From assembly GCA_964016885.1 (NCBI GenBank), contig OZ024757.1, positions 26,784,001-26,848,000 of the forward strand: a DNA stretch of 64,000 bases, read 5' to 3'. A model generated the notes under the pieces. It ran no database searches. It was not told the DNA's origin and saw only the letters and a program-made list of their open reading frames with translations. Source of the DNA: Eledone cirrhosa (Eukaryota). Both the position numbers and the translations under genes were made by a program. Positions 14,380 through 27,254 of the stretch are shown piece after piece. Each line of letters opens with the position of its first letter. Position 1 is the stretch's first letter.

Positions 14380-14730
14380 CGTTAGCATTCATTGATGCAG
14401 TCATTGGTATCTTAATATTCATTGACACAACCAGCTGTTTAATTAGCATTTGCTGAGACAGCTCCCCCAGCCTCATTAATATTCAGACACTGTCCCTGAT
14501 CTCATTAGCATTCAGTGACACAGCTATCTAATTAGCATTCTCTAAGACAACCTCCAGTCTAATTAGCATTCACTGCCACAGTCACCAGCTTAATCAGCAT
14601 TCACTGCCACAGTCACCGGTCTAATTAGCATTCACTGCCACAGTTACCAGTCTAATTAGCATTCACTGCCACAATCACCAGTCTCATTAGTAATCAGACA
14701 TAGCTCTGGATCTCACTAGCATTCAGTAAT
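14380..14730. repeat. 31-bp minisatellite (CTAATTAGCATTCACTGCCACAGTCACCAGT) just upstream of the ZUP1 ATG
   Basis: AATTAGCATT-like words at 14561, 14592, 14623, 14654 and 14685, with more degenerate units on both sides. Confidence 0.85.
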
Positions 14731-14810
14731 AAAGTCATTAATGTCATTAACTTTCACTGAGAAAGTCATTAGTCTTGTTGGCATGCACTGACAGTCTTAA
14801 GTGAAGAAAT

Positions 14811-15621
14811 ATGGCCAGCAAAAAGGAGGCTGCTGCAGATAAGGGTGGCAATGGAGATCTGTTGGATCTAAGCAGATCTGAAGACCTGCCACAAAGCTCG
14901 GGGTCCAACAGTAATACACTGTCCAGTTCATTGAAAAACAAAGTAGTTAGACCAATGGATATTGATATACAGAATGAGAGCAGCTATTATAATACATTAC
15001 TCGATGCACACAGGAATAATGGCGCACGGTGTAAAACCAAAAAGCTCAAACAGACCCAGTTAATATGCACAAAAAAGGGAATCTCAATAGCTATGGTTGA
15101 TAACATTTCCCAGTTTGATAAGGACCATGATATAACCCTCCATTTTACCGATAACAAACTGACCAAAGACAGTTCTGTATGCAATACTCAGGAGAATTCC
15201 GATACACTGCCCCTCAGAGTTTCTAACTGCCAACGAAAACTATTGACGCGATCTGCATCGTTAGACAACCGAGACATTGACAAAGATGTTGACACAAATA
15301 TTTCTGAATGGTTCGTGTGTTTCATCTGCAATACACCTAAAAATTCTGCTGAAGAGCTCCAGATCCACATCAATATGGATCATTTTGATACACATTCCGA
15401 AGAGCGGCAAGACAACAACTTCACAATTTGCTTCCTCTGCAACCAGCAGCTGAATTCTATCCAGGAACTTCAAGTACATATTAATCGGGACCATTTTGAT
15501 TCTCCTGTCAAACCAATCGGAAGTGATATTTCGGAGGCAGTAGCTACAAAGATGGCTGACAAAGATAACAAAGTTGTTTGCCTTGATTCAGATATTGGAC
15601 ATTTTGCTTTAAACAAAGACG
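14811..15621 (+). CDS. ZUP1: ZUP1/ZUFSP (zinc finger-containing ubiquitin peptidase 1), first coding exon, with two C2H2-type zinc fingers
   Basis: ATG at 14811 with an in-frame TGA 9 nt upstream. Long open frame containing CFICNTPKNSAEELQIHINMDH and CFLCNQQLNSIQELQVHINRDH. Donor G|GTAAGA at 15621/15622 is phase 1 and joins the next exon in frame. Confidence 0.8.
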
Positions 15622-16735
15622 GTAAGAAATATTTTGGCATTGTATATCTCTAAAGTTTGTGTTGCCACACATATGGAATGTCCTGTCGCTCTTTCACCCC
15701 AGAGCAGCCACCCTGCTGTCAAATGAGTTATCACACTGGTGGGACAGACCTCTGTGAGACATGCTGGCCTGGCTGCAGGGAATTCATTGCAAGAGACCAC
15801 TGCCTCATCTGGAGTGGGCCTCTGTGGTGTGGCACTGGTCATGCCCAAGCACGTCTGCAAGTCACTCATTGGCTGGAACTCAGTGAGTGACTGTTTGCTG
15901 TCTGCCCGTTGTTTTCTCTCAACGCCATGCTCCCAAATTGTAGCCCCCGCACCTGGCTCTCCTCATCAAGTACTGGTCCCCCCAAATCGTGGCTATGCTG
16001 TAAGATGAGTCAGGCTCCTAGTATTGGTGCCATCCCATACCGGGCTCCGCTGTGAGATGGATCAGGCTCCAGAGGTGGTTCCTTTGTGAGAGGGGTTCAG
16101 TGTGGCTAATTGGCCTGTCCCTCTTCATGACGGAGCCATCGAGTCCCACACTGTAAATGTGGTTGGTGTTAGGAAGGCATCCAGCTGTAAAATACCCGGC
16201 CAAATTTATAGTCCTCGCCAAAGCAAGATGCAGCATGGCCAACCATGGCTAGATTTGCCTCTCGGCATGGGTGACACATCTAACCATGCAAGCATGGAAG
16301 AATTGATGCTAAACGGAAATGACGATGATTCTAACTTTCTTGTTTTGGCACTGACAATGGCGATGAATTTGCTGAATCATTACAGCATCAAATTAAAATA
16401 GCTCAACGTAGTTTTACTGCTCTCTGTGCACTGAGTAAAAATTTTGCCACTTGTCAAAAAGTGCCCAGTCCATGCTGTAAAGTGGTCGTGTAGGGGTCAT
16501 GACTGTAAATATAGTTGGCGTTAGAGAGGGCATCTGGCCGTAGAAACGAAGCCAATACCAGTCCTGTGTGAGCAAAACACGGTCTTCCGACCTGATCTCT
16601 CACAAAGGGACAGCCTACCCTACCCATGTCAACATGGAAAATGGATGATAAATGAATATATGTTTTATATATATAATGCATGCATACGTGTGTGTTAATA
16701 TTGCATATATAATGCCAGTCTTTTATTTAAAACAG

Positions 16736-16809
16736 AGCAGAACGACAGATTGATTGCAGAGATGCTTCAGAAAGAATTTGATGAAGAAATTGAATTTCGG
16801 AAGTTGCAG
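16736..16809 (+). CDS. ZUP1: ZUP1 coding exon 2 (MIU-like ubiquitin-binding helix)
   Basis: AACAG| acceptor and CAG|GT donor. Encodes EQNDRLIAEMLQKEFDEEIEFRKLQ, matching the D-x-x-(L/I)A-x-x-LQ-x-E MIU pattern and the EFQKLQ segment of vertebrate ZUP1. Confidence 0.88.
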
Positions 16810-17148
16810 GTATTATTATTATTATTATTATTTGTGAATTGGTAGAATCTTGAGAGCATCAGTCAAATGTTCAGTAGTTTATTATTATTATTATTATAGA
16901 TATGGCAATGAAAGGTTTAAAACATACTTTCTCTCCCAGTTCACTATTACTATAATCAACATCACTACCACCACTACCATCATCACTAACAACATAAACA
17001 CCAACACCACTACCTTATAAACAGACACATACATGAATATATGAACACCTACTTGTATATGTATATACGCATACATGAATTTACAGTATTATCATTCCAT
17101 GTCTAAATAGACAATGATGTTGATGTTATTGTTGTTGTCTCTCTTCAG

Positions 17149-17317
17149 GATATGTATGGTATGACTGAAAGGGGCAACTACAAGAAACAATTCCATTCTA
17201 ATCTCAGTCAGGCTGTACAGAGAGGACAGATTAGTAGCTATGAATATCATATGTACACATCACAGATGTCAGAGTCTCAGCTAACAGGTATTGATGATGG
17301 AGTATCTTGCACTAAAG
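17149..17317 (+). CDS. ZUP1: ZUP1 coding exon 3 (ZHA/helical-arm region)
   Basis: CTCTTCAG| acceptor and AAG|GTAAAC donor. Encodes DMYGMTERGNYKKQF...RGQISSYEYH...GIDDGVSCTK, similar to ZUP1 YG..GGYKQQ...G.DDG. Confidence 0.9.
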
Positions 17318-17456
17318 GTAAACTAATACAGTTTTTCATTCTTTCACCCTGATTCGATGATAAAAAAAATACTGTTTATATATATATATGAGCCTTCTGG
17401 CTTAACACTTTAGCATTTACATCACTTTACATTTACTATTATATTTTTATGGTAAA

Positions 17457-17647
17457 GGCAGTGGATTGGTAGTATCAGTAGAGGGTCGGACGCCATGCTT
17501 TGACGTATAGAGTTACGGCCCTTGCCATTCTCAGTTCAAATCCCGCCGAGGTTAACTTTGTCTTTCATCCTTACGGGGTCGATAAAATAAAGTACCAGTA
17601 ATGCACTGGGTTATTGCTGGCCTTGTGCCAAAAGTAGAAACAATTAT
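17457..17647 (+). mobile_element. Second SINE family (B-box GTTCAAATCC; CTTTCATCCTTACGGGGTCGATAAAATAAAGTACCAG domain), nested in a piggyBac MITE
   Basis: Copies at about 27066-27250 (+) and 34215-34330, 61772-61960, 63083-63270 and 63288-63378 (all -). The central domain resembles the Meta/MESC SINE domain (from memory, unverified). Confidence 0.7.
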
Positions 17648-18597
17648 ATTTTCATGGTAAAGGCTTTACCTCGCATGATATCGAATCTATGAGATTTTGA
17701 TATTATTTATTTTGAGAACAATAACTTAACATCAGTAAGTGTGGTTGGAAGTCTCCACTATTACAGGCTCTACCACAAACCTATCGGTGAGCGGCTGATA
17801 CTTGGACAGTTTGCTCTCTAGAGTCTGAGCTGGTAGACGAATGCACCAGGTTGCCACTAGTGAAGGTGTCACGGCATGGTTATTTTCGAATTTATTTACA
17901 AACGATAACAATGATGTTAGATATATGGCTACGAGCAGGTTAAAACATGTTGTCTCTCACTGTTCATTATTCGATTATAGATTTGAGTGATGGTAGTGGT
18001 GGTCTGTAGTCTACTATATCTTCTTCACAAATTATGGGAGATAACTCCTGTTAACCAGAGGAAACAGGAGTTATCAGTCACTGTTGGTATTGTTTGCTCT
18101 ATTGTAGATGTTATTCTGGGTTGGCAGAGTCGTTGGAGCGTCGGACAAATGCGTAGCAGTATTATTCCGGCTCTTTACGTTTTGAGCTCAAATTCTGCCG
18201 AAGTCAACTTTGCCCTTTATCTATATATAAATTTAAGAGACTTCCGTCCGTCACACAATGTATAAAAAGAAGAGGATGGTAAAAAAAAATATATATAGCA
18301 AAATAGTGACTGGCGTTTTAATTGCTACCCTGTTTGTGAGTGTATGTGTATTTGTGTCTGTATGTCTGTGTTTGCACGTTTATATTTATAAACACATACA
18401 TATAAATGTATGCATATGCACATACACATATGCGTCAGCATGTTGAAAAAAATCCTAGTCCAAATAAAATACCAGTCAACTATTAGTGTCGATATAATCA
18501 ACTAACTCCCTTGTGCCTAAATAAGAAATCATTGTTTTATTGTATGTATTACAGTTACTGTTTTTTTTTCAAGGTATTATTGTTGTTATTATTGCAG

Positions 18598-18795
18598 GCA
18601 TCATCGTTGCTCTACGGGAGTATTACAAGCAACACAGCAAAAACAAAGATGTCTGGTTATGTTCAGATGTCGATCATTATGGTGGTTCCTTTGGGGACAC
18701 TGGTTGGGGATGTGGCTACAGAAACCTGCAGATGATGCTTTCCAGTTTGGTCAAAGAGCCAGTTTACCAAAACCTGCTCTCTGACGATTGCAAAG
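18598..18795 (+). CDS. ZUP1: ZUP1 coding exon 4 (peptidase C78 catalytic Cys)
   Basis: TTGCAG| acceptor and AAG|GTACC donor. Encodes GIIVALREYY...DTGWGCGYRNLQMMLSSL, the UFSP/ZUP1 GWGCGYRN catalytic motif. Confidence 0.95.
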
Positions 18796-19565
18796 GTACC
18801 TAGCTTGCCTTTTTCTTTTTTCTTTTGTTACAAAGTAGAGGGAGTGGAGAAAAAAAAAAAATATATATATCTATATCAGATAGGGTGTGGTAAAAAACCA
18901 GGTGGACCATAACCCAGCAGAGTACTCGATACTTGGGGTAGTAGAGTGGGTAATATGAAAAGATTCAGGAGCCTGATAGCTGAGCTCTGGCTAGTTTGGA
19001 TCTAGCTGTCGAAACGGCCAGAGCTCAGCCGTTGAGGTCCTAAATCTTTTCATATATATATATATATGAATACGAGTCCTGGGTTCAATCGGGAGTAATC
19101 ACAGTTAGTAAGTTACTCAATACATTAGTACAGTATACACATAATTTAATATACAAATGTCTTCTATAGGACTAGAACTGTTGATGATTTCCTCTGAATG
19201 AAACGATTCTAGTTCTGTAGAAGCCATTTATATATTAAATTTCATATATATATATATGTGTATCTAATATACAGTTAATGTGGTGTGGTAAATAAATATA
19301 AACATATATACCAGGTCCGAACACAGTAGAACCAAACTGTCACTGCCTCCGTCTCTCCATCTCTTGCCATTGTGAGCAAATGGGGCCCCACATGCTCGCT
19401 GCCCTGTGGACCCGGTAGACAGAATAGAGGAGGCGTTTCCTTGGAGGATGGTTAGGGAGACAAATTAAGTTTGTGAAGCAAGGTCCCACTGTGTATATGA
19501 TATATATATAAGCGCACACACACACACACACATATATATGTTAAGTATTTCCGTAGAAATAAAAA

Positions 19566-19596
<31 letters not shown>

Positions 19597-19671
19597 TATG
19601 TTAAGTATTTCCGTAGAAATAAAAAATATATATATATATACACACATATATGTTAAGTATTTCTGTAGAAG

Positions 19672-19703
<32 letters not shown>

Positions 19704-19890
19704 TATTATATATATATATAGTTTTATTAAATCTCATAATATGAAATGAAATTATTTGACTCTGCATATTGCAGAGAAAAGTGGATGTAAAAACGATAAC
19801 ACAACCACACACAAATTTAATAAAATAATTACATTTGATAAATCAGTTGATACATTGATATCATCATGTGACTATTTCCAATATTTGCAG

Positions 19891-20062
19891 CAAAGAATGG
19901 ACTGGTAGCATCAATAAAACGGTTACAACAACTGATTGAAAGGGCTTGGCAGCACGGTTTTGACCAACAGGGGGCTGAACAACTGGGTAATAAACTTGTG
20001 GACACTAGGAAATGGATTGGTGCCACAGAAATTGTCGCTATGCTATCTTCGTTGAAGTTCAA
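19891..20062 (+). CDS. ZUP1: ZUP1 coding exon 5
   Basis: TTTGCAG| acceptor and AA|GTAAGT donor. Encodes LQQLIERAWQHGFDQQGAEQLGNKLVDTRKWIGATEI, with the AW..GFD and WIGA.E motifs of peptidase C78. Confidence 0.95.
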
Positions 20063-21104
20063 GTAAGTTCATGCTTTTATTCATTTTTTCTCAAATAGCA
20101 AGGTTCTGATGTTGTTGGTTAACGATATCTTATTCAATCCTAATCAAGGATGCAAGTGGCTGAGCATTCCGCAGACATGTATACTCATAGCACAATTCTC
20201 AGTGAGTGTAACACAAGGCTGGCCCTTTGAGATAGAAGTACAACTCATTTTGTACCAGCTGAGTGAACTGGGTGGTGTAAGACACTAAGGTTGTCTATTC
20301 TGGGACTTCAGAGAGAGTCCAGAAGAGAGCAAGGAACAAACAAAAAAAGTAACTCCAGGTAGAGCCCTTACTTCTCTGCATAGAGAGATCACAGCTCTGG
20401 TACTACAGACATGTGGTTAGACTGTCTAAGGAAAGAATTGCAGCAAATATTCTACACTGAAATCCAGCCGGCAGGAGATCCACAGGTACACCACAAGCAA
20501 GGTGGTTGTATAACATCCACAATCTCAGTTGGTCTTGCTTGGGGATCCAACCAGATTTGGGTGGCAGTTGCTTCTAATAGGACCCTCTGGAAATTGTGAC
20601 ACATGAAATAAAGTGTCTTGCTCAACACAATGCACTGCTGGCAGTCAGACTCATGAGCTTGAGATTGCAACATGAACACCCTACCCTAAAAAAAACGCAC
20701 CTTCATACATACATATATGGTTTACAAAATCAGGTTTGTAGGTTGGGGGTTAGTTTAGTGTGAGTTATTATGGTATTTTTATATGGGTTAAGGCAATCAA
20801 CAGTCTTATTTATAGATACAGGGTGTCTCCAAAACAATATATACACACTTGAACAGCAGTCTAATAGGTGTATACATTTTGGGGTGGGGGACACCCTATA
20901 TATATGTGTCCCAAAACAATATATACACACCTCAACAGCATTCTAATATGTGTATACATTTTTGGGGACATCCTGTATATATATATACACACTTCAAAAG
21001 CATTCTAATAAATATGTGTATACATTTTCGGGGGACTCTCTGTATATATATGTGTGTACAGACACACTGTAGACATGAGAAATCTCCGGTTTTACCATTT
21101 ACAG

Positions 21105-21238
21105 GTGCCGTCTGATAGACATTCACTCCCCATCAGGACAGCAAGAGACACACCCTAGAATGTTCCAGTGGATCCGAGATTTCTTCAGAAGGAAGGATTA
21201 CCGTGAGTTTCGCTCCCCGCTCTACCTGCAATATCAAG
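21105..21238 (+). CDS. ZUP1: ZUP1 coding exon 6
   Basis: TTTACAG| acceptor and AAG|GTAAGA donor. Encodes CRLIDIHSPSGQQETHPRMFQWIRDFF...PLYLQYQ. Confidence 0.93.
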
Positions 21239-21797
21239 GTAAGATGTGTGTCCCCTCTATCCACCCTACCGCATCATCAATGTATGTACAAGTCTTTTAA
21301 CCCTATAGCTTTTAAACAGGCTGTATCCAGCTAGAATTCTCTCACTTTTTTTCTCTTCAAACCAGCTGTAACTGACTGCTCATACTGATGTTATGTTTTG
21401 TTCTCAAAAAAATACATATCAAAATCTCATAGATTCGATATTATGTGAGATGACGCCCGATTTGGCATGGTTTTTTTCGGCTGGATGCCCATCCTAATGC
21501 CAACCACTTTACAGTGTGTGCTGGGTGTCTTTTGTCGAGACACCTACATGACCACTTTACAGTCTCGACTGGGTCCTTTTTGTCATGTCACATACAAGAT
21601 CACTTTAGTGTGGAATGGGCGCTTATTGTAGTGAACCTACGCAACCACTTTACAGTGTGGACTAGGTGCTTATCGTCATGACTCCTACACGACCACTTTA
21701 CAGTGTGGACTGGGCACTTATCGACATAAAATGATGATATACCTATTTTTAGATAATAAAACTCACTGAACCCTACCCCCACGTCCTTTTTTTCCAG

Positions 21798-22018
21798 GTC
21801 ACAGTCAGACAGTGATTGGAGTGGAGACATCTCGTCAGACAGGTGCTATCACATTATTGATACTGGACCCTGCCAGTAGCAAGGCCCACATGAAGAAACT
21901 CAAAGCCCAGCCAACCCCAGTGTCAATGCAACCCCTGCGCAAATACTTGAACAACATGACCAAGGACCAATACCAAATTGTGGCAGTCGTTGGAACCCTC
22001 AATCAACAGGAATGGCAT
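21798..22018 (+). CDS. ZUP1: ZUP1 coding exon 7 (catalytic His and Asp)
   Basis: TTTCCAG| acceptor and CAT|GTAAGT donor. Encodes GHSQTVIGVE...LLILDP...QYQIVAVVG. Confidence 0.95.
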
Positions 22019-22078
22019 GTAAGTAGATTTATTGTTAATGTATGTGTGTGTAAAAGTGTCTGAGTGTCTATGTGTGTG

Positions 22079-22113
<35 letters not shown>

Positions 22114-22651
22114 GTGTGTGTGTGTATGTTATGTTGGTACCACAAAATATCCAGTACACACTGTAAAGCGGTTGTGTAAAAAGCAGCCAGCACACAGTGA
22201 ATGTGGTTGTCGCTAGGAAGGACATCCAGCCAGAAACAGTCGTATATGAATGAGACACAGTCACCCGACCCAACTTGCCTCTAAATGGGACAAACCCATG
22301 TTAGCGTGGAAGATGGGCGTTAAATGATGACGATGACATATCATCATCATCGTTTAATGTCCATCTTCCACGCTAGGATGGGTTAGACTGTTTTGTTCCA
22401 TTTGATGTGGGAATGGTCGGGACACTTTTACTTCCCTTTAATAAATTGCTCTCTTTATTGAAATGCACTTAAATAACACATATGTGCAACTACCAGTCTG
22501 CGGAAAGATTGTCCGGCATGAAGCCGGTCTGTGGTATAAAAAGGCTGGAGACCACTGCTCTAGTTTATCTAAGAAATGTCTAGAACTTTCTAATAGTGTT
22601 ACATAATTCTTCTAATATCAGAGTCCTAGGACTTGTCAGGCTGCCAATGTA

Positions 22652-22684
<33 letters not shown>

Positions 22685-22870
22685 GTGCATGTTTGTATGT
22701 ATATGTGTATGCATATATATATATATATATACACACACTCTATATTTGAATTACCTCGTTGTTTTTATTCTTATGCTTGTCACCTTTGTCTGCTAACAAA
22801 TTAATTACCATGTAACGAACTCTACAATTATTTCTAAATAGTCTAAATACTTAACTATTTGCTGTTGCAG

Positions 22871-22906
22871 GCTAGCAAGATTTTAAAATCTGAGAAACTT
22901 ACTTGA
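22871..22906 (+). CDS. ZUP1: ZUP1 terminal coding exon
   Basis: TTGCAG| acceptor in phase 0. Encodes ASKILKSEKLT*, which resembles the vertebrate C-terminus ASQVFTAEKIP. The joined CDS is 1815 nt (604 aa). Confidence 0.85.
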   Translation, partial: ASKILKSEKLT

Positions 22907-23219
22907 CTTGTACCTCCACCACCACCACTGCCAATACCAACATCATCATCATTATCACCACCATGACCAACACCACTACCACTGTTACTATGGCTAATAC
23001 TGCTAATACCACCACAATTGCAACCACTAACAACCTCCACCTTGTTATTGTTTGTTTATTATTATTATTGTTTTGTTTGTTGGTTTCTATTTAAAAACAT
23101 TTTTTTTTTGTTTTAACAACTTCTGCCTCTGCACACTAACACCACCTCCACCACTACAACCTCCCCCTCCTCCTCTTTGCCTTCTTTTAAATGTCCGCCA
23201 CTCAACACAAATGGATTAA

Positions 23220-23487
23220 CCCTTTAGCATTTACATTACTCTCAATATTTTACTATTGTATTTTCATGGTAAACCCTTTACCTCACATAATTATCTCTCA
23301 TAATATCGAATCTATCAGATTTTGATGTTATTTATTTTGAGAACAATACCTTAACATCAGTATGAGTGGCCAGTTACAGCCAGTTTGAACAGAAAGAGGC
23401 AAGAGAATTCTGGCCAGATATGGCTGGTTTGAACAGAAAGAGGTGAGAGAATTCTGACCGGATATGGCTGGTTTAAATGCTAAAGGG
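23220..23487. mobile_element. piggyBac-type MITE
   Basis: TTAA target on both sides and 14-bp TIR CCCTTTAGCATTTA/TAAATGCTAAAGGG. Related copies at 13074-13278, 40972-41118, 42349-42573 and about 4430-4738, 5972-6340, 12868-13030, 17405-17735, 21300-21450, 31351-31510, 38757-38906 and 58575-58656. Confidence 0.85.
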
Positions 23488-24293
23488 TTAAACCAAGATT
23501 TAAAAAAATTAATAATAACAACTAAATTAAAAGAACATAAACAAGTCTACTTGATTTCTATCGTGTATCTCAATTGGTGAAACAGTAGTATTGTCCTTGG
23601 TTACAGGTCTCCAATGGACCAATCACTGCTTCACTGAAATTGTGATCAGGGAGTGTCTGTGTAACTCAATGCAGCTCATTTTCTGCTCTCTCCTTACTGA
23701 TGCCTACATATCCTTTACTGATATATATATATATATATATATATCGATAAAACATATACATACATGAGTGTGGGTGTGTGTGTATCCTGGTTCTTAGAAT
23801 AGATACACTGTATCCCTGCATGTCGTAAGAGGAGACTTAAAAGGGGTCAGTGTCAGGAATGGCATATATATATATAAATATATGCATATATATATACATA
23901 TACATACATATAAATGTGTGTAGATGCAAAATGAGATTTTGTGCATTTTCCTTCTACCAAATTCCACATAGAGAAGGAATTGGTTAACCCAAAGCTACGG
24001 TAGAAGAAACTTGCCCAAAGTGCTGTGCTGTGCTGTACTGTAGGATTGAACTCAGAACTATATGGCTGTAAAGAGAACATTCTTAACCACACAGCCATGC
24101 CTGTACCCATTCCATTGTTTTTTTCTCAACCCCCTATCCCCCACTCCTTGTGCTAATTATTCTGTGATAAAAACCTGCAATTTACTCTGAAAAAAAATAT
24201 ACATTTTACATTTTACCTGATGTATTCATGTTGTTGTTGTTATTTTGATTTGTTTTTGTTTTTGTTTGTTTACTTTTTTTTTTCCATTAAACG

Positions 24294-24299
24294 AATAAA
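24294..24299 (+). terminator. Candidate ZUP1 polyadenylation signal
   Basis: AATAAA about 1.4 kb after the stop codon, flanked by T-rich sequence. No transcript evidence is available. Confidence 0.45.
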
Positions 24300-24346
24300 A
24301 GTTTATTCTCTACTTAAAACCATTTTTCTTGGTGTATTCTTTATAC

Positions 24347-24524
24347 CAGCGGTCACCAACTGGTGGTCTGTGAGGTGTATAGTTTATAGCAGCGTTTGCC
24401 AACCAGTGGTCCACAGAAAAATTTTAATGTATTCATCTTTTTAAAAAAAATTTATATTAGTGGTCCACAGGATTTAAAATTGATTTTAGTGGTCCATGAG
24501 GTCTGTAAGGTTGGCGACCATTGC
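24347..24524. mobile_element. hAT/Charlie-like MITE
   Basis: Ends CAGCGGTCACCAAC...GTTGGCGACCATTG form an imperfect TIR of the CAGTGG(T) type. Confidence 0.55.
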
Positions 24525-24814
24525 TTTATAGCATCTATTTCATTTGAAATGAAGAAAGTTAGTGGGAAAGACTCATTCTCTCTTATATACACAAAGTCCA
24601 AAGTCCCAGTTACTGCAATTCCGCCACCCAATGTGTGGCCTGCTTCCATCGATGTGTGTGTAGAGTTCATGTCCACTTACATAACCATAGGGGGTTTGTT
24701 ATATGGCCTTTGTTGCTCAGCTTGACCACGGAGAGCGTTCATTAAATGGTTTAGGCCCCCTTCCACCACTTCTAGTGTGGCTACAGAGTAGGCATTAAAT
24801 GGTTTACATCAAGC

Positions 24815-25722
24815 TGTACCTTGAAATCAAAAGGACAGATCCTGAAATCTATAACTCTTTCCTACAATCAGACCTGGACACAATGCAGCAATGGATCACA
24901 GACTGGCAACTGAAGCTGGCTGTAGACAAGTGTACCACCATGCATTTTGTGAGGAAAAATCCAGCGTCCACATACTCCCTCCACAACACTGATATCAAGA
25001 AGTCCTCTTGTGAACGTGACCTGGGCATTACTGTCAGCAGTGATTTGCGTTGGACAAAGCACATCTCTAAAATTGTCAAGAAGGCCGAGGGTGTCTTGGC
25101 ATCACTCTGCAAGACCTTTGTTAGCCGCTCTCCAGCCATCTATTTAAAGCTGTATACAGCTATGGTACGACCACACTTGGAATTCGCATCATCAGTCTGG
25201 AACCCCTATCTTGCTCAGAACATTGACCTCCTGGAAACCGTTCAGAGACGTGCAACGAAGCGCATACCCTCCATCATACTCTGAACGCCTTGCTTCCCTG
25301 GGCATGGATTCATTGAAGCTCCGATGTCTGGCAATGGAATTGGTAAACACCCACAAAGTTATTAACCATCTCGCCAACAACCCTGAGCACCTTTTTGATC
25401 TCCATGTGTCTAACACACGTGGACATGCTTACAAAGTCAGAAAACAGCACAGCTCCCATGACTTTCGGAAACATTTTTTCACGCTTAGAGTTGCTGAAGC
25501 ATGGAACAAACTACCTGCATCAGTTGTTAGCTGCCGAGACACTGCATCCTTTAAAACCCTCATGCTTCCCGAAATTCACCAAAACTACACCTGATGTACC
25601 CCTTCCATACACATGCACTGTTCATTTTCCTGACGTTTGTACATTACCCTATGTACTATACATACACTTTTGATGAGTTGTAGTGCACCTGAGCACTGTA
25701 CACAATATTTTCATTATTATTA
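24815..25722 (+). mobile_element. CR1-clade LINE, 5'-truncated
   Basis: Encodes LQSDLD..WQLKL..VRPHLEFASSVWNPYL..VQRRATK with a frameshift. Same family as 3270-4138. Further 3' ends at about 31025-31080, 33352-33717, 35407-35850 and 50200-50370. Confidence 0.88.
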
Positions 25723-27254
25723 TAAAAATCTAACATATATCATATGAAAACCACTTTGTGTTACATTTTTCTGGTAGTTTGAGCAAGCATACACGAGCTT
25801 TGATATCTTTCTCCCTACCTCCCTCTCTCTTTCACACACTGTTGATAATAGGGTCAACAGTAGAATAGTTGCTATCTATAAATACCTTCCTATGTATCTA
25901 GCTTCAGCCAATAAAAATAATATCTATTAATCTCCCTGTCTATTTAGCTGTGTCTACCTACTTGTTTATCTATAGCTAACTATGTGTCTGTATTTACCAA
26001 TGTATCTATCTTCGGACAACAACAAAACACAAATCCCAAAAGCAGTCAAAAGATAAACAGATAAATCAATACAATTTAGTGGATATATGTCTGATATTGA
26101 TTAAAGATATGGAAGAAAATTATTGTAATTGATTTAAACAAATGAAAATGAAATGAGGGGATTGTCAGTGATAAGGGGAAGGTCAAAGAAAATTTGAGTA
26201 ACCATCTGATCTAATCTAATCTGGTCGAGTTTACACTCACAAATAAGAACAAGGGCTGCCCCTAGGAGCATTGGATTTGGTGCACTTCATATTTGTTTCG
26301 GTTGCTGAATATAATCAGGGGTTGCTGCTTCTCCTGAAGGTCAATAGTTCTCTTCTAACTCGAGCACCTTTCCATTGTCAATTTGCATTGATCAGCTGCA
26401 AAGCCACATTGTTCTTAGAACCACTACACCAGTCTTTCGATGTGTGCAGCTGGAAATACTGCCACCATTGATTTTGGCAGGATTTTCTTTTTAGATGGTC
26501 ATTGACTTTTATGAGTTCTTCTGCCCTTTGTCAGGTTTTGTTTTTTGTCCTGCAGGGTGTCCAAAATCAACCCCCTCACCAAGTAAATTTGGTGGGGTTG
26601 CCGGTTTAGTCACTGACAACCCAACCATGAAACAGGTTGTACTGGGTTATATGTTACCAGTAGCACTCAAGAGTGATTTCAGTAACCAAGCATGTTTATG
26701 CAGAATGTTGTAAGCAAGGAATTATTAAAATATTTTACCATCATCATCATCATCAACACCATTTATTTTCGATGTTTGCATGGGTTAGACGGGTTGTCAT
26801 ATTATGAGACAGGTTGGGTCAGGTGATCATGTCTTGTTCATACCTTTTATTAGAATGCTGTTGAAGTGTGAACACCCTGCATATATAATCTACAAACAGC
26901 ATTGTTAAAGTTTAATGAAGATCATCATCGTCGATTAACGTCTATCTTCCACGCTAACATGGGTTGGACGGGGTCTCTGGCTGGTTTTCCTTCATAACGC
27001 CAACCACATTTACAGTGTGTGCTGGGTAATTTTTGTCGAGAAGATATCAATTATTATTGTTATTGGATTAGCAGTATCGTTATATAGTTATGGCCCTTTA
27101 GAGCCTGAGTTGAAATCCCGCGCAAGGTTAACTTTGCCTTTCATCCTTACGGGGTCGATAAAATAAAGCACCAGTAATGTACTGGGGTAATTGCTGTCGA
27201 CTTTACCCTCTCCTCAAATTGCTGGCCTTGTGCCTATATTAGAAACCATTATTA

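Noticed and set aside
15650-16135. GC-richer block in a ZUP1 intron, possibly an extra exon or LTR-element remnant
   Set aside because: No convincing splice pair or recognisable motif was found. It is probably a decayed transposon that cannot be assigned without a database search.
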